64,000 nt of DNA from a virus, in IMG/VR virus record IMGVR_UViG_3300013426_000002, positions 36,818 to 100,817 of that record; one strand, 5' to 3'. Shown one piece after another: positions 30,094 through 41,109 of this stretch. Within the stretch, counting starts at the first letter, position 1. Every line of letters starts with the position of its first letter. Made by a program: the position numbers and the translations under genes. The notes below the pieces were generated by a model, which had not been told where the DNA came from, ran no database searches, and worked only from the letters and a program-made list of their open reading frames with translations.

Positions 30094-32094
30094 TTATACT
30101 GTTAAACTATCAACTAAACTATTTACCGTACCATATCTTAAGAAATTCTGTAAATAAGGTAATATTTGACGATCCCTACGTGCCTGATTACGCATCTTTT
30201 CTTTAGTCTGAGACCATTGACCTAATTGACTAGCAGCAGTAGCACCAAAGTTTCTTGCAGCAGCTCTATTACGAGCATTCAAGTCATTGGTAAGTACGGT
30301 ATTTTGTACATATTGTTGACCCAGATTATTCATAGTGTTTGCGTATTCACCTAAATATTGGTTATTTGCATTGTCTCTATTAGCGTATGTAGAAGCGTTT
30401 TGAGCATATTCCCCAGTAGCTAATTGATTACCATATGCTAAGTTCATACCTGTATTAGGATTGAGTTTGGCCATGTTATTGCGAGCAATTGCTCTAGATC
30501 TCCGATTAGCTGCAAGAGTGGGTTCTATGTTGAGTCTACGACTTGCCATAGCTCTATTAATAGCTCCCGTATAAGGATTGATCACCGTATCTTCTACTTC
30601 AGGTTTACGTCTACTTTGAATCCAATTGTACAGTATTGGAGATAAACCAGACAAACTACCAAAATCTGTTGGAATTGTATCAGGCGTTTTTTGATTTTTA
30701 TTATTAACTGAAGGTAAACCCAATCCTATTTTTTCTGTCGTGGGTGTTTTTGCAGCGATTCCTAAAGACGGAGCTTGCAACAATTCTGGAACCGGGGTTT
30801 TAGTAAAGGCTTCCGGCATTACCACCTTCTTATTAATCTTAGCTTTTGGGGTAGCCGAAACTATAGCGTTACCGTTTGTTGTAGGAATTAATTCTGGAAC
30901 CGGGGTTTCTGGTGAATTGTATGCAGACGTATTTGTATTTACTGGAACAGTTTCCCCAGTAATAGCATCAACACCGTTGGCTTCTAAATTACGATATGTA
31001 TAGGTTCTACCAGGTGCCGGTCCTGCTTCTGGCACTATTCCTTCTGCCCAATTAAGATTATCTAGATACTCACCAACTGGAACATCCCAATTTGAATTTT
31101 CAGTTGCACCCAAACCGGCTCTGTTCTTTGTACGATTAAATGCTGTTGCAAGTGTGCTATTAACAGCAGTACCTTTCACAGGGGAAGTGAAAAAATCACT
31201 AATCGCTTCTCCTAATTTACCAATCCAATCACTATTGAGTACGTTTTTAGCTGCTTGTTTTTTCGCATCAGACCTAGACGTACCCGTTTGATTAGAATTA
31301 AATTCATCAATAAGCCATTGAGCTAATTTTGATCTTTTTCCATCTGCATATGTAGGTATTCCTTTTACTTTGGGTTTAATACCTTTTTTAGCTTTAACTG
31401 CCTCTTGCTCTGTAAGCAATTGCTCATACATTGCATTTGCATTTATCTGATTTAATCTATCAGCATTACGAGCAAATATGTCTTTTCCTTTACTTCCTTT
31501 AGTCATATTAACTAATTTTTTACCTTCTTGTGCAAATGTTTTATTTGTACCCGGTCTTTTAATTTTATCTGATAGAACAGAATCAAGATTAGAAGCATCT
31601 ACTAAATGATTATCCGTACCAGGTTTATTATTGGGTACTTGTACAATGTTTCCTGAATCATCTCTGATTATTTCATTATTATCTAAGTAAGCTAAATCAG
31701 ATAATACACCACCATTTTCAAAGGTATAAGCTAATGGGTTTTCACTCCAATATTCCTGTTCATATGTAGCAGCATTACCTTTACCCATTGCAATTTCTTT
31801 AGCATTGTCTTTGATTCGTTTCTGTTTTGCTATAGCACCCTTTTTAAATAAACCTGATACCAAGTTACCAATGCCACCAGCTGCTCCACCAATAACTGCG
31901 CCAATAGGACCAGCAGCCATACCTATAGAAGCACCTTTGGCAGCACCACCTAAGGCACTGCCAGCAATGTCGAATCCAGATCCTTCTTCAGAAAAACCTT
32001 GCATTCCAGCCCCTAATACAGAAGCTAATTCAAGTCCTTGATCTATCCCAAAAGCGTATGCTGGAACTTTCTTTTTATTTATTTTCTTTTTCAT
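30094..32094 (-). CDS. Gly-rich internal virion or ejection-type protein (666 aa)
   Basis: The N-terminal Gly/Ala-rich hydrophobic stretch (GAGMQGFSEEGSGFDIAGSALGGAAKGASIGMAAGPIGAVIGGAAGGIGNLVSGLF) is typical of membrane-inserting ejection proteins. The C-terminus is N/Q/R-rich. Confidence 0.45.
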   Translation of the reverse strand: MKKKINKKKVPAYAFGIDQGLELASVLGAGMQGFSEEGSGFDIAGSALGGAAKGASIGMAAGPIGAVIGGAAGGIGNLVSGLFKKGAIAKQKRIKDNAKEIAMGKGNAATYEQEYWSENPLAYTFENGGVLSDLAYLDNNEIIRDDSGNIVQVPNNKPGTDNHLVDASNLDSVLSDKIKRPGTNKTFAQEGKKLVNMTKGSKGKDIFARNADRLNQINANAMYEQLLTEQEAVKAKKGIKPKVKGIPTYADGKRSKLAQWLIDEFNSNQTGTSRSDAKKQAAKNVLNSDWIGKLGEAISDFFTSPVKGTAVNSTLATAFNRTKNRAGLGATENSNWDVPVGEYLDNLNWAEGIVPEAGPAPGRTYTYRNLEANGVDAITGETVPVNTNTSAYNSPETPVPELIPTTNGNAIVSATPKAKINKKVVMPEAFTKTPVPELLQAPSLGIAAKTPTTEKIGLGLPSVNNKNQKTPDTIPTDFGSLSGLSPILYNWIQSRRKPEVEDTVINPYTGAINRAMASRRLNIEPTLAANRRSRAIARNNMAKLNPNTGMNLAYGNQLATGEYAQNASTYANRDNANNQYLGEYANTMNNLGQQYVQNTVLTNDLNARNRAAARNFGATAASQLGQWSQTKEKMRNQARRDRQILPYLQNFLRYGTVNSLVDSLTV

Positions 32095-32095
32095 A

Positions 32096-35000
32096 TTAGA
32101 TTAATGAATATCTGTATGCTGTACTAATATAAGGAAGCTTGAAAGTATTACCACCATTACAGTCATACTTGTAATGGCATATTAGATATTTTCCTTTCAT
32201 CCTATCTCTATACGACTTATTTACTAATTCTTCAGCTTCATTTAACTCTCTACTACTACGAGGAATACAGAATTTGTAAGTATCTTCCCTATAATCTATA
32301 TCATCTTGAGTAAGAGTAAAACTAGTTTGTCTTTTGGTTTCAAAGTATATATTATCAAAGTTAGTTTTGTAAGTAAAGTCTCCACCATATTCTACATTAT
32401 CAAACGTTTTAGTTTGAGGATACTTATCGTTTACAATAAATCTAACATAAGATACTTTGTCATTACCAGTAAACATGTCTAACTCGTTGCCAGAATTATA
32501 TTTAAATACAGCCAATCCTTTGTATATAATTAATTTATCTGTGAATTCAGCGTACCAATCTGGTTTATATGTATAAAATGAAGTGAATGCACCAACCTGT
32601 TCATTGAACACTAATGTTTTATCTTCTAAAGTAAGCAATACTTCATTGTATTTTTTATCATATACAGATATAGGATCATTTGTAATAATACTTTTATTAT
32701 CGTGTAAATAAGATTGTACACCTTTTAATTTAGATACAGTACGTAATTGATTATCAAAACCACATATTTCATTTCTATCTGCGTCATACCAGTATACAGT
32801 ACTATCAGATTGTGTTGCAGTTCTTAATTGATTTTCTTTAGAACCATTCTTAGTAGTTAGATAATCGTATCGAGTTAATACACCCCCTGTACCTAAAGTA
32901 AGAGCACTAGCATTATTATCTTGAATAAGAGAACGTTCGTTTACAGCAAGTGTGCCAAAAGCGTCAGTTTGCCAAAACAATAGATTATTCTTAAACAGTT
33001 TCATGTTGTTTATAGAACCGAATCTAGTATCTACATCCAGATAATTAGCAACCCTAAATTTAGTCCATGAATCAGTTACCTCAAGATTCGTCTTTGGTTC
33101 TGAATTCATTACTCTTGTATCTGTATGAAGATTATCTATACTGTAGATAGATTTACTAACATAATTCTTTACTCTAGGTTGTGCAGAATAAGCGTCATTG
33201 TAAGCGTATAATGGTGTGTTCTGTACGTAGATAGTACCAACTTGAACTATGTCATTCTCTGCGAAATGATTAGCATAACCAGTACCTGATTCGTATGTTT
33301 TAGAAGTAGATACTGTATCTGTTCTCAGTGAAAGATTAACAGAAGATTCTAATGGGATATACGCACCATTATAAACTCTATTTCTTTCGTTATCTGGCTG
33401 CTCATAGTTATCACTAGCATTGTGATATGCAAACATACCATTAGCATAATCTAATACACCTACGTAAGTATCTCCACCAAATACGTTAGCTTTTGTACTT
33501 CCTGTAACATCTTTTAAATTTATATAATTACCAGTGCTAATGTAAGTAGAATTCTGTCTTGCTGCATAACTATTTCCGCCATATGGAGTTACAGATTGCT
33601 TTAAATTTGCAATAAGAATCGCATTAGCTGTTTCCGCACCACCTGTTATTAAAGCATTATGTTGTGTCATAGTGTCACTTTGAAATATGGCACAGACGCC
33701 GTGAGGACCAACTTTGCGTACATTGTTATCATCATAGTCAGTAGCCCTTGAAACATCACCGTACATCCAGTTGTAGTAAACCATGCTGCCAATGTTGGTA
33801 GCTTTAGTTTTCCAAGCGTCATTATCTAAATCAAAAGGATCTGTATTTGTTGCTATTGCTATACTCTGGATTGTAGCAGAATCGAAATTACCTGTATTCT
33901 TATTATAGTATTTAGCTAGAGTTGCATCATACCAAGCTTCTGCACCCATGTAAATAGCATTATTTGCAGTAGATTTTTTCATTGAATCGCCTAATGCATC
34001 AGCATATTCAAATGCCCAACCTGAGTTTTTAGCCCAACTCGTAGTGGTATTTGTTGATATAGTTTTAAGATCGTGTTTAGAAGCTTTTGCGCCTACTAAT
34101 ACTTTAGCTTTATTATCACTTACATCTACTGTATTCTTAGCAGGAGTACCGTTACCCATGTCACCATCTGGAGTAATAGCAGATTTTAAGCTATAGATAC
34201 CTTTTACTTCAGTAGCTCTGTTAGTTATTTCTGCTGCATTTTCTCTATTAACACATATGTCTGGTGATATAAACATAAAATACTCACTAGCATTTTGACT
34301 ACTAAAATCAAATGCGTGAGCATATTTGTTATTCTGTGACACTAACCCGTGTGTTGAAGCGTACGTGAGATAAGGAAAAGCAGTTAAGATGTTTGTATTA
34401 TCATAGTTACAAACACAGCTTACAGCTCCTTGCATAAGGATTGTTCTATCAGAAATAGTTCTTTCACATCGTACTATTTCGTAACCCGTAATCTTCTTAC
34501 TCTGGATTAAATCACTTGGGATATTAACAGTAAATTGAATACCTAACGGGTGAGTAACAACCTCTAAACTATTAGTAGTAGTACCACCAATATTAACACG
34601 CATACCTGAAGTAAAGATGTTATAACCTGGTGTATTACCTTTAGGGAATTTTATATCTGCAATCCAATGAGCTGAAGATGCTATATTTTCTTCATTATAA
34701 AACACAATAGCAAAGCGGTATATTTCATCACGCATATAACTTCTTGCCAGAGATTCTACTTCACTGTTACTGTAATTTAATACTTTTGCAGTAGAATCAG
34801 CAAATGATAAAGAACCAGCATCTGCCCAAGAACCATCTTCCTCAATTGTGTACAAATCTAAAGCAGATGCTGTACGTGCTTTCGCACTTAAATCGAATGA
34901 ATCTTCTGCATAGCCAGTTCTTGAAGTAGGTGCATCACTTTCTATTAAGTTTGTCTTTATGAATCTGTATGAAACATTTACACCAGTACCACCGTATACA

Positions 35001-36208
35001 TATTTGCCCGTAGAATCAACTGCGTACAGATATTCACTTGTATCATCGTAATTTGCAGGACATATGCAGTCGTGGTCAATATCAGGTGTCTTAGTTCCAT
35101 TTAGTAACTCTGTTACAGAACAAGTAAATGCAGCTTTACCTGAAGTAGATGTAAGCAATATTTGACCTGATTTATCACATCTAAACGCTCTTGCATCAAA
35201 TTCTTCATCACTTATATCCCATGTTTGTTCAGTAATATTAGCAGCAAATAACATATTGTCTTTAGATTCCAATACTTTGGGTGTAAACAAATAAGTACTT
35301 AAACCATTGAATTCTTCTAAAGTAAGCTCATCAATTACAGAACCACCTTTATCCTCATATATCAATGTGCTGTTTGATATACTTATTTCATCTATAACAG
35401 TTATTACTGGTTCTGCAGTATTGCTAGAGTAATATATAGAAATGATTCGTGCTCTACTAAAAGAGCTAGTATCAACAGTAGTTTGTAACTTAATGGATTT
35501 GTTAGTAATTTCTTCTTTGGTACTTCCATAAATATCGTGACTGTTAGTATTTTCTAGAGTTTTTGATACAGTGATGATAGGAGATAATACTGATACAGAT
35601 GTTTCTGATGTTCTTGGATTAAACAATTGATAGCAGTATTGATACTTACCTGCTTTAAGACCACCTGTACCTAAACCTTTAAAAAATAAAGGTGGTAATT
35701 GACTTTTAGGTGAGATATTTAAAGCATCGACATTCAAATTAGGATGAGTTGTAGCCACATTTAACACCCTTATTTGATGTTTGCCGTCGCACCAGTATAT
35801 TTTTACTAAATCGTCAGACTCCCATTTACATACACTACTAACTGCATAATGACCATCAACTGATGGAATATCTAATGCCGCACCAGTAGCTATGGTAGTT
35901 ACTACAGGGTCTGTTTCTGATGCACCAAAGTCATACCTATAGATATTGAAGTTAGAACCTTTTTTTGTAAAAACAATTGCCCAATCTCTAATAGTATTTA
36001 TATGAACGATGGTTTCCCCACTTAAATTTAAAGTAGGATTAAGTCTCAATACACCTTCAATATTTTGCATTACCCCAGTAGAACAAGCATCATTAGCGAT
36101 GATACGAATGTTTTCTGCCCATTGATACTGGTCTGAACTTATGACCGAATAATCTAAATCACAGTTCATACCTTTTATCCATGTATTTGTTTGTCTTTGT
36201 GCATTCAT
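32096..36208 (-). CDS. Large tail structural protein (1370 aa; tail tube, muzzle or stabilisation-like)
   Basis: Size, position between fibre or adaptor genes and ejection proteins, and beta-rich composition. Function is inferred from position only. Confidence 0.4.
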   Translation of the reverse strand: MNAQRQTNTWIKGMNCDLDYSVISSDQYQWAENIRIIANDACSTGVMQNIEGVLRLNPTLNLSGETIVHINTIRDWAIVFTKKGSNFNIYRYDFGASETDPVVTTIATGAALDIPSVDGHYAVSSVCKWESDDLVKIYWCDGKHQIRVLNVATTHPNLNVDALNISPKSQLPPLFFKGLGTGGLKAGKYQYCYQLFNPRTSETSVSVLSPIITVSKTLENTNSHDIYGSTKEEITNKSIKLQTTVDTSSFSRARIISIYYSSNTAEPVITVIDEISISNSTLIYEDKGGSVIDELTLEEFNGLSTYLFTPKVLESKDNMLFAANITEQTWDISDEEFDARAFRCDKSGQILLTSTSGKAAFTCSVTELLNGTKTPDIDHDCICPANYDDTSEYLYAVDSTGKYVYGGTGVNVSYRFIKTNLIESDAPTSRTGYAEDSFDLSAKARTASALDLYTIEEDGSWADAGSLSFADSTAKVLNYSNSEVESLARSYMRDEIYRFAIVFYNEENIASSAHWIADIKFPKGNTPGYNIFTSGMRVNIGGTTTNSLEVVTHPLGIQFTVNIPSDLIQSKKITGYEIVRCERTISDRTILMQGAVSCVCNYDNTNILTAFPYLTYASTHGLVSQNNKYAHAFDFSSQNASEYFMFISPDICVNRENAAEITNRATEVKGIYSLKSAITPDGDMGNGTPAKNTVDVSDNKAKVLVGAKASKHDLKTISTNTTTSWAKNSGWAFEYADALGDSMKKSTANNAIYMGAEAWYDATLAKYYNKNTGNFDSATIQSIAIATNTDPFDLDNDAWKTKATNIGSMVYYNWMYGDVSRATDYDDNNVRKVGPHGVCAIFQSDTMTQHNALITGGAETANAILIANLKQSVTPYGGNSYAARQNSTYISTGNYINLKDVTGSTKANVFGGDTYVGVLDYANGMFAYHNASDNYEQPDNERNRVYNGAYIPLESSVNLSLRTDTVSTSKTYESGTGYANHFAENDIVQVGTIYVQNTPLYAYNDAYSAQPRVKNYVSKSIYSIDNLHTDTRVMNSEPKTNLEVTDSWTKFRVANYLDVDTRFGSINNMKLFKNNLLFWQTDAFGTLAVNERSLIQDNNASALTLGTGGVLTRYDYLTTKNGSKENQLRTATQSDSTVYWYDADRNEICGFDNQLRTVSKLKGVQSYLHDNKSIITNDPISVYDKKYNEVLLTLEDKTLVFNEQVGAFTSFYTYKPDWYAEFTDKLIIYKGLAVFKYNSGNELDMFTGNDKVSYVRFIVNDKYPQTKTFDNVEYGGDFTYKTNFDNIYFETKRQTSFTLTQDDIDYREDTYKFCIPRSSRELNEAEELVNKSYRDRMKGKYLICHYKYDCNGGNTFKLPYISTAYRYSLI

Positions 36209-37173
36209 TATCTGTTACTGTTATAAATTATTTGACGCTCTCCCGTATGACTGTAGAAAGTATTATGATCTCTAAATTCAGGAACAATTTTATTCCAATT
36301 GTTTTTTATAGATTCCAAACCGTCTTCATTTGGCATTAATGCTTCGGCATATGCTTGATTTCTATAAAAATTCCAAGACCTGCGAATATCATAATAGATC
36401 TCTCTATTCATTCTACCATTAAGATAATCTGGATACTTTAGTTTCATCGTGACATACCAATACAAAGCTTCAGTGTATGAAGTCATATCAGGAATTAAAG
36501 CGTAACCATCTTCATCTGTGTAAATTCCACTGTATGATAGTTTAAGATAACCACACGGAGCATTGCACATGATATAACCGGGTTTAACTGTATATTGTAT
36601 ACCCAAACTAGGATTTGCCGTATCAAAATGAAAAGGATGATGGTCACCAGTAGTATATTGATTAATTAGATTAGATACTATGGTCCTGAGGTTTTGATTT
36701 GTATTAAGCATTTCAATTGCCTCAGTTTTATCAATATTGCCATACATATCTACTACTAAATTAACCATCACGTCATTTTGTACAATCATATTGGGATCAC
36801 AATGTTCACATTTGCAGTCATGTCTACATTCCTTAGTACGACCAAAATGATCACAACAATCATGACAACAATCGTCATAATCCCATACAGCAAATGAACC
36901 TGTGGCTTTCCTTGTTGGAAACCACGGTCCATCACAATTAAATGAATATGCTACTTGATGAAGTTGATGTAAATCACATGGTATTTGTGCTTGATGGTTA
37001 TGTATTTCTACTGTTGTTACTTTGGGTTCTAATTGAGTAATTGCACCAATTTTTTCCATTCCCTCCGCAATCCATTCGCGCACATCGGTGATTTTTATAT
37101 CATCTTCTTTCAAATCAAGGTCTGCAATTATCTTAGCTATGACAGTTTTTGTTGATGTTAATTTCGTTATCAT
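36208..37173 (-). CDS. Virion protein with a dense Cys/His cluster (321 aa)
   Basis: WDYDDCCHDCCDHFGRTKECRHDCKCEHCDPN (nt about 36790-36880): 9 Cys and 5 His within about 27 residues. Confidence 0.5.
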   Translation of the reverse strand: MITKLTSTKTVIAKIIADLDLKEDDIKITDVREWIAEGMEKIGAITQLEPKVTTVEIHNHQAQIPCDLHQLHQVAYSFNCDGPWFPTRKATGSFAVWDYDDCCHDCCDHFGRTKECRHDCKCEHCDPNMIVQNDVMVNLVVDMYGNIDKTEAIEMLNTNQNLRTIVSNLINQYTTGDHHPFHFDTANPSLGIQYTVKPGYIMCNAPCGYLKLSYSGIYTDEDGYALIPDMTSYTEALYWYVTMKLKYPDYLNGRMNREIYYDIRRSWNFYRNQAYAEALMPNEDGLESIKNNWNKIVPEFRDHNTFYSHTGERQIIYNSNR

Positions 37174-37179
37174 AGTCTT

Positions 37180-37638
37180 TTATAATTCTACGTAATCTCT
37201 TACGTGTTCCTTTAATATTTGTGCCAGATGTCTCTTGTTATCTCTAGTCATAACTAACTGATACTTAGTTTTATTTTTAGTAAGCATATTTTGCTTATTC
37301 CAATAAAAACGATATTTGTATCCTCCAGTATGTTCATTTAAATGATATATAACTTTATTATATTTTTTACTCTCGGCATAATCCATTCTTAAACTTTTAC
37401 CAGTATATTCCTTGGGTTTATGTTTTACTATGGATAATGTACCCATTCTACAAGGTAATCTGACCTCTTTTCCATTTTCAATTATCTCATCTCTTAAGTA
37501 TCTAAAATAATCTGAAACAATTTGTCTAAATACTTTATAAGAAACTTGATATAATGGATTGTCTTCTACATAATTACAATAACTATCGTAGAAATCAGCA
37601 ATCGTATAAGCTTTTCTGTTGTATTTAGTTTCTTGCAT
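37180..37638 (-). CDS. Hypothetical protein (152 aa)
   Basis: ORF in the operon, with a 14-nt overlap with the upstream gene. Confidence 0.45.
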   Translation of the reverse strand: MQETKYNRKAYTIADFYDSYCNYVEDNPLYQVSYKVFRQIVSDYFRYLRDEIIENGKEVRLPCRMGTLSIVKHKPKEYTGKSLRMDYAESKKYNKVIYHLNEHTGGYKYRFYWNKQNMLTKNKTKYQLVMTRDNKRHLAQILKEHVRDYVEL

Positions 37639-38281
37639 TCAGTTCGTTATTAACGTCGTTCGTACTATTGTTTGTAGTATCACTAGGGACTCGTAACATG
37701 ATATTTAATTCTCTTTCAAATATCATTTGTTTAATCGTGGGTATCATATTTGCTGGTACTGGGTATGGAGTATTATCCCTATCAAAACATTCACCAGCTT
37801 GTGTTGGATCTTCTAGTACACCTTCTATTTTCACATATTCTAAATGCTCAGGACCTAGTATATATAAATAATTACCTTTTATGTATGCTATGTAATCATT
37901 GCAAGTGTATTTTCTACTTGTTTGATACTTGGCTTTAGTTTCTGTACCCAGCTGAATTAAATTACCATTCATATCTTTTACAGCAACTAAACCTGAACCA
38001 AAATGTAAATCAATAAAATTGGGTATTTCTTCATCAGATTTGTAATTATACCCACCAGCGCAATTACTTACTTTAGATATATGCAGAGGTCCTATAGTCT
38101 GTACATAATCCTGATTTACATCTCTACCTTTATCTAAGTCTTGTTTAATTAAATATGCTCTGTATTGGTGTATCCATTGTTCTATTTGTATACGGGATAG
38201 CTTTTCACTTTCGCTAACATCACTATCACGTATAGTAAGGGTAATATCATCTATTATAGTATTTAATGAATTAAATGTCAT
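37625..38281 (-). CDS. Hypothetical structural protein (218 aa)
   Basis: ORF in the structural operon. Confidence 0.45.
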   Translation of the reverse strand: MTFNSLNTIIDDITLTIRDSDVSESEKLSRIQIEQWIHQYRAYLIKQDLDKGRDVNQDYVQTIGPLHISKVSNCAGGYNYKSDEEIPNFIDLHFGSGLVAVKDMNGNLIQLGTETKAKYQTSRKYTCNDYIAYIKGNYLYILGPEHLEYVKIEGVLEDPTQAGECFDRDNTPYPVPANMIPTIKQMIFERELNIMLRVPSDTTNNSTNDVNNELNARN

Positions 38282-38291
38282 AATTAATCAT

Positions 38292-38948
38292 TTAAACTGT
38301 TTCTACATACAGACCAACAAGAGCAGATAAATCGTGTACAAGCGGTTGTCCACTGTCTCTTGTGCATTTGTAAATTACACCATTCTGAATATAATACTTA
38401 TCTTTAAATATCTCCATAGGTGGTATATAAGAAATAGGATCATCAATAGCACCTGCATGTTCTTCATCTACTGTTTTCCATAAACTTGCAGTAGCCATAG
38501 AAGGTTTCCAATTATCTTGAGTAGTATGTTCTTTGATACATTCCCAAAGAATATCATCAGATAAATATCTTTCTCCTACTTTAACAGTAATACCAGCAAC
38601 CCATTCAGGATAACGGTCTTTTACCTGTAATGCTTCACTTGGAGTTAACTCGTATGTGTTTATATTATTAGTTACTTTTTCATCAAGGATGTTCAAAGCC
38701 AGTATACGACTAAAATCTCTGTTAATTACAGGTTCTTCTCCTTCTGGATAAGTCCATTCTTCGCTTGATAAAAGGTCAATAAACTTTGTGTCACTAAACG
38801 AATATCTTGGAAAATCTTCGTCACTAAATGGTAACAGCATCTCTTCGTGCAGGATCACTTTGCTTTGATCTACACTTGTTCTCATTTCGGGTAAAATCTC
38901 AATACCGTGGGACTTTGCCCATACAATGTCTACAATTGCGTATGTCAT
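38292..38948 (-). CDS. Protein with a CBM5/12-like carbohydrate-binding motif (218 aa)
   Basis: WVAGITVKVGERYLSDDILWECIKEHTTQDNWKPSMATASLWKTV fits the W..G..Y..Gd.V.y.g..y.C...H.....W.P......LW pattern of CBM_5_12 modules. A weaker second copy lies near the C-terminus. Confidence 0.45.
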   Translation of the reverse strand: MTYAIVDIVWAKSHGIEILPEMRTSVDQSKVILHEEMLLPFSDEDFPRYSFSDTKFIDLLSSEEWTYPEGEEPVINRDFSRILALNILDEKVTNNINTYELTPSEALQVKDRYPEWVAGITVKVGERYLSDDILWECIKEHTTQDNWKPSMATASLWKTVDEEHAGAIDDPISYIPPMEIFKDKYYIQNGVIYKCTRDSGQPLVHDLSALVGLYVETV

Positions 38949-38950
38949 AA

Positions 38951-41107
38951 TTATTTTGCTTTTAGGGTTTGTAAATAGATGTAGGCTTTTATCATATCTT
39001 CTTTGGATAGGTATTTGCCATTAAAGAAAGCAATATTCTTTAGAGCCAATTGAGCATATTTATCGCCATTAATTCCAATGTTTAGTGAACCAACACTTGA
39101 TTCAGTTGTTTGTTCTTCCCTTTGTAAGTATTCTACCCAATTGCTATCATAAACTCTACCGTCAGAACAAAATGCTTTCAATGATTTTGTAGGGTAATTT
39201 TTCACTTTCATAGTAGAATTTAAGAACAACTGAGTTCCTGTAACAGCATTATAAACAAAGAAGGAATTTGGTTTGACTATTCCGGCTGCCACGTTAACAC
39301 TGTCCAGAAGTTCCCACTCTCCTACAACGGTAAAATCTTTATTTACATTAAATTTTGCTGATTCAATTTTATCATCCACCCCGTCAGTCACTAAATAACC
39401 TTCGTGATCGGGGATTTGCTCAACAGTAACAGTAGTACCTTCTGCATTTGGAACGGCGCAATACGTCCTAATATATAGTCGAAGTTGATTACCTGAACCT
39501 GTCATAGTGTGATCAATCTGATAAGTACCATCTTTATCAAATTCATATATAATATTAGAATCTCCCGTATACCCCTCCATTACACGAACTATCCAATTCG
39601 TTGTCAATCCTGTAATCTTTAACTTGAATTGAAATTTCGTTCCAATTGAAACTTCGGATGAGTATAAATTACAAGTAGATATCGATTGATTGACTGGCAT
39701 TACAGCTACAAATTTGTTATATTGTTTGCTTACGTTTGTAGCAGCTCCGTTATCTATACCCCATTCATTCCAATTGTAAGCATACTCCCCATATCCACTA
39801 TTCCCAGCAAACCCAAAGTTTGACAAAACAAGGTTATTACCATTACCCGTAATGTTGGCAATGGTAGCTCTACCTGTGTCTTCGTTGGTTTTGCCTGTTA
39901 CCGTCCAAGCCTGATCAAAGAACAACCAAGGATATTCTTTTTTATACCAATTGAGGACTTTTGTGTCTTCTTCGTCGGTTGTGAAATGACCGTTACAAAT
40001 TACTTGTCCAGCGATGGCAGCTTTGGCGTATTCCATCTTAGAACTCGTTGTCCATAGATAATATAATCCCGGATTTTCAACCAAAGAATTAGCATCTACA
40101 ACAATTGTCTCCCCTGTTAACAAGTTTTTTGCAACCATTTGAGTAGGCGTTCTTTTACAAGCAATAAGATTAAATCCATTAGAGAATTCTACAATTGCGC
40201 GTGTTCCTGCGGAATAATACATAAGCTTGTTCAGATTTTGATATTGAACATAAAAATCTTTTTTATAAGCCTTTCCACACAGTAACATATTCCTTGCCGG
40301 ATCTTCCTGAAACGGAATAAATGCAGTATATACAGTATATGTATCTTCAAAATCCAAATCCTTTTCGGTAACTGCACAATCATCTACACCGTCACCTATG
40401 ATAAAGCCGAGGTAATAAGGAAGCTGCTCAATGGTGATAGGAGTTGTTAACGTCAAAGGATTCTCTATTGTACCTTGCGAAGAAACAGCAAATATATAAA
40501 TTAATCCATCTTCTTGATTTGGAATATCAACATCATAAATGCCATCTGTGTTAATGGTAATCCTATTATCAAAATCCTTACTACTATACATTCTTAGCAA
40601 TCGGATTTCGCCGCTATTTATAGAATCACTAACTCCTGTTATTTTTAATCGACACTTAAATTGTGCCAATCTGATAACGGCATTTACTCTGGAATTATCT
40701 ATTTTCTCTATATACAAGGTGTCAGAAGAAATTTTAGCATTGACATTAGCCCCCGAATAATTTAAAATAGATTTTTTTGTAAAATCATAATCATACCCAT
40801 TACATCCAGACATTCCACTCCAAGCGAAATTCTTGAAAGTCAAGAACCTGCCCTTTCCATCTGCATCCTCCAAACTTGGATTCTTGGACATCTGTTCATT
40901 GGTGAGCCCTTTAAAGCTCCATCTCGTTACATCACCAGGTAATGTTGGGAAGGCATCTTCAGGAGTATATAGACCGTATTTACGTTGAGCCTGTTCCTCC
41001 ATCAGTTTAATGTAATCTGTATACCATTGCTTATAATCTAATACAGGACCTGCTACACTTATAGACTTATCAGTATCTTCTACATGTGTTACATAATGTT
41101 TCTTCAT
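38951..41107 (-). CDS. Tail or baseplate-associated structural protein (718 aa)
   Basis: Large beta-rich ORF in the tail gene block. Confidence 0.4.
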   Translation of the reverse strand: MKKHYVTHVEDTDKSISVAGPVLDYKQWYTDYIKLMEEQAQRKYGLYTPEDAFPTLPGDVTRWSFKGLTNEQMSKNPSLEDADGKGRFLTFKNFAWSGMSGCNGYDYDFTKKSILNYSGANVNAKISSDTLYIEKIDNSRVNAVIRLAQFKCRLKITGVSDSINSGEIRLLRMYSSKDFDNRITINTDGIYDVDIPNQEDGLIYIFAVSSQGTIENPLTLTTPITIEQLPYYLGFIIGDGVDDCAVTEKDLDFEDTYTVYTAFIPFQEDPARNMLLCGKAYKKDFYVQYQNLNKLMYYSAGTRAIVEFSNGFNLIACKRTPTQMVAKNLLTGETIVVDANSLVENPGLYYLWTTSSKMEYAKAAIAGQVICNGHFTTDEEDTKVLNWYKKEYPWLFFDQAWTVTGKTNEDTGRATIANITGNGNNLVLSNFGFAGNSGYGEYAYNWNEWGIDNGAATNVSKQYNKFVAVMPVNQSISTCNLYSSEVSIGTKFQFKLKITGLTTNWIVRVMEGYTGDSNIIYEFDKDGTYQIDHTMTGSGNQLRLYIRTYCAVPNAEGTTVTVEQIPDHEGYLVTDGVDDKIESAKFNVNKDFTVVGEWELLDSVNVAAGIVKPNSFFVYNAVTGTQLFLNSTMKVKNYPTKSLKAFCSDGRVYDSNWVEYLQREEQTTESSVGSLNIGINGDKYAQLALKNIAFFNGKYLSKEDMIKAYIYLQTLKAK

Positions 41108-41109
41108 AC

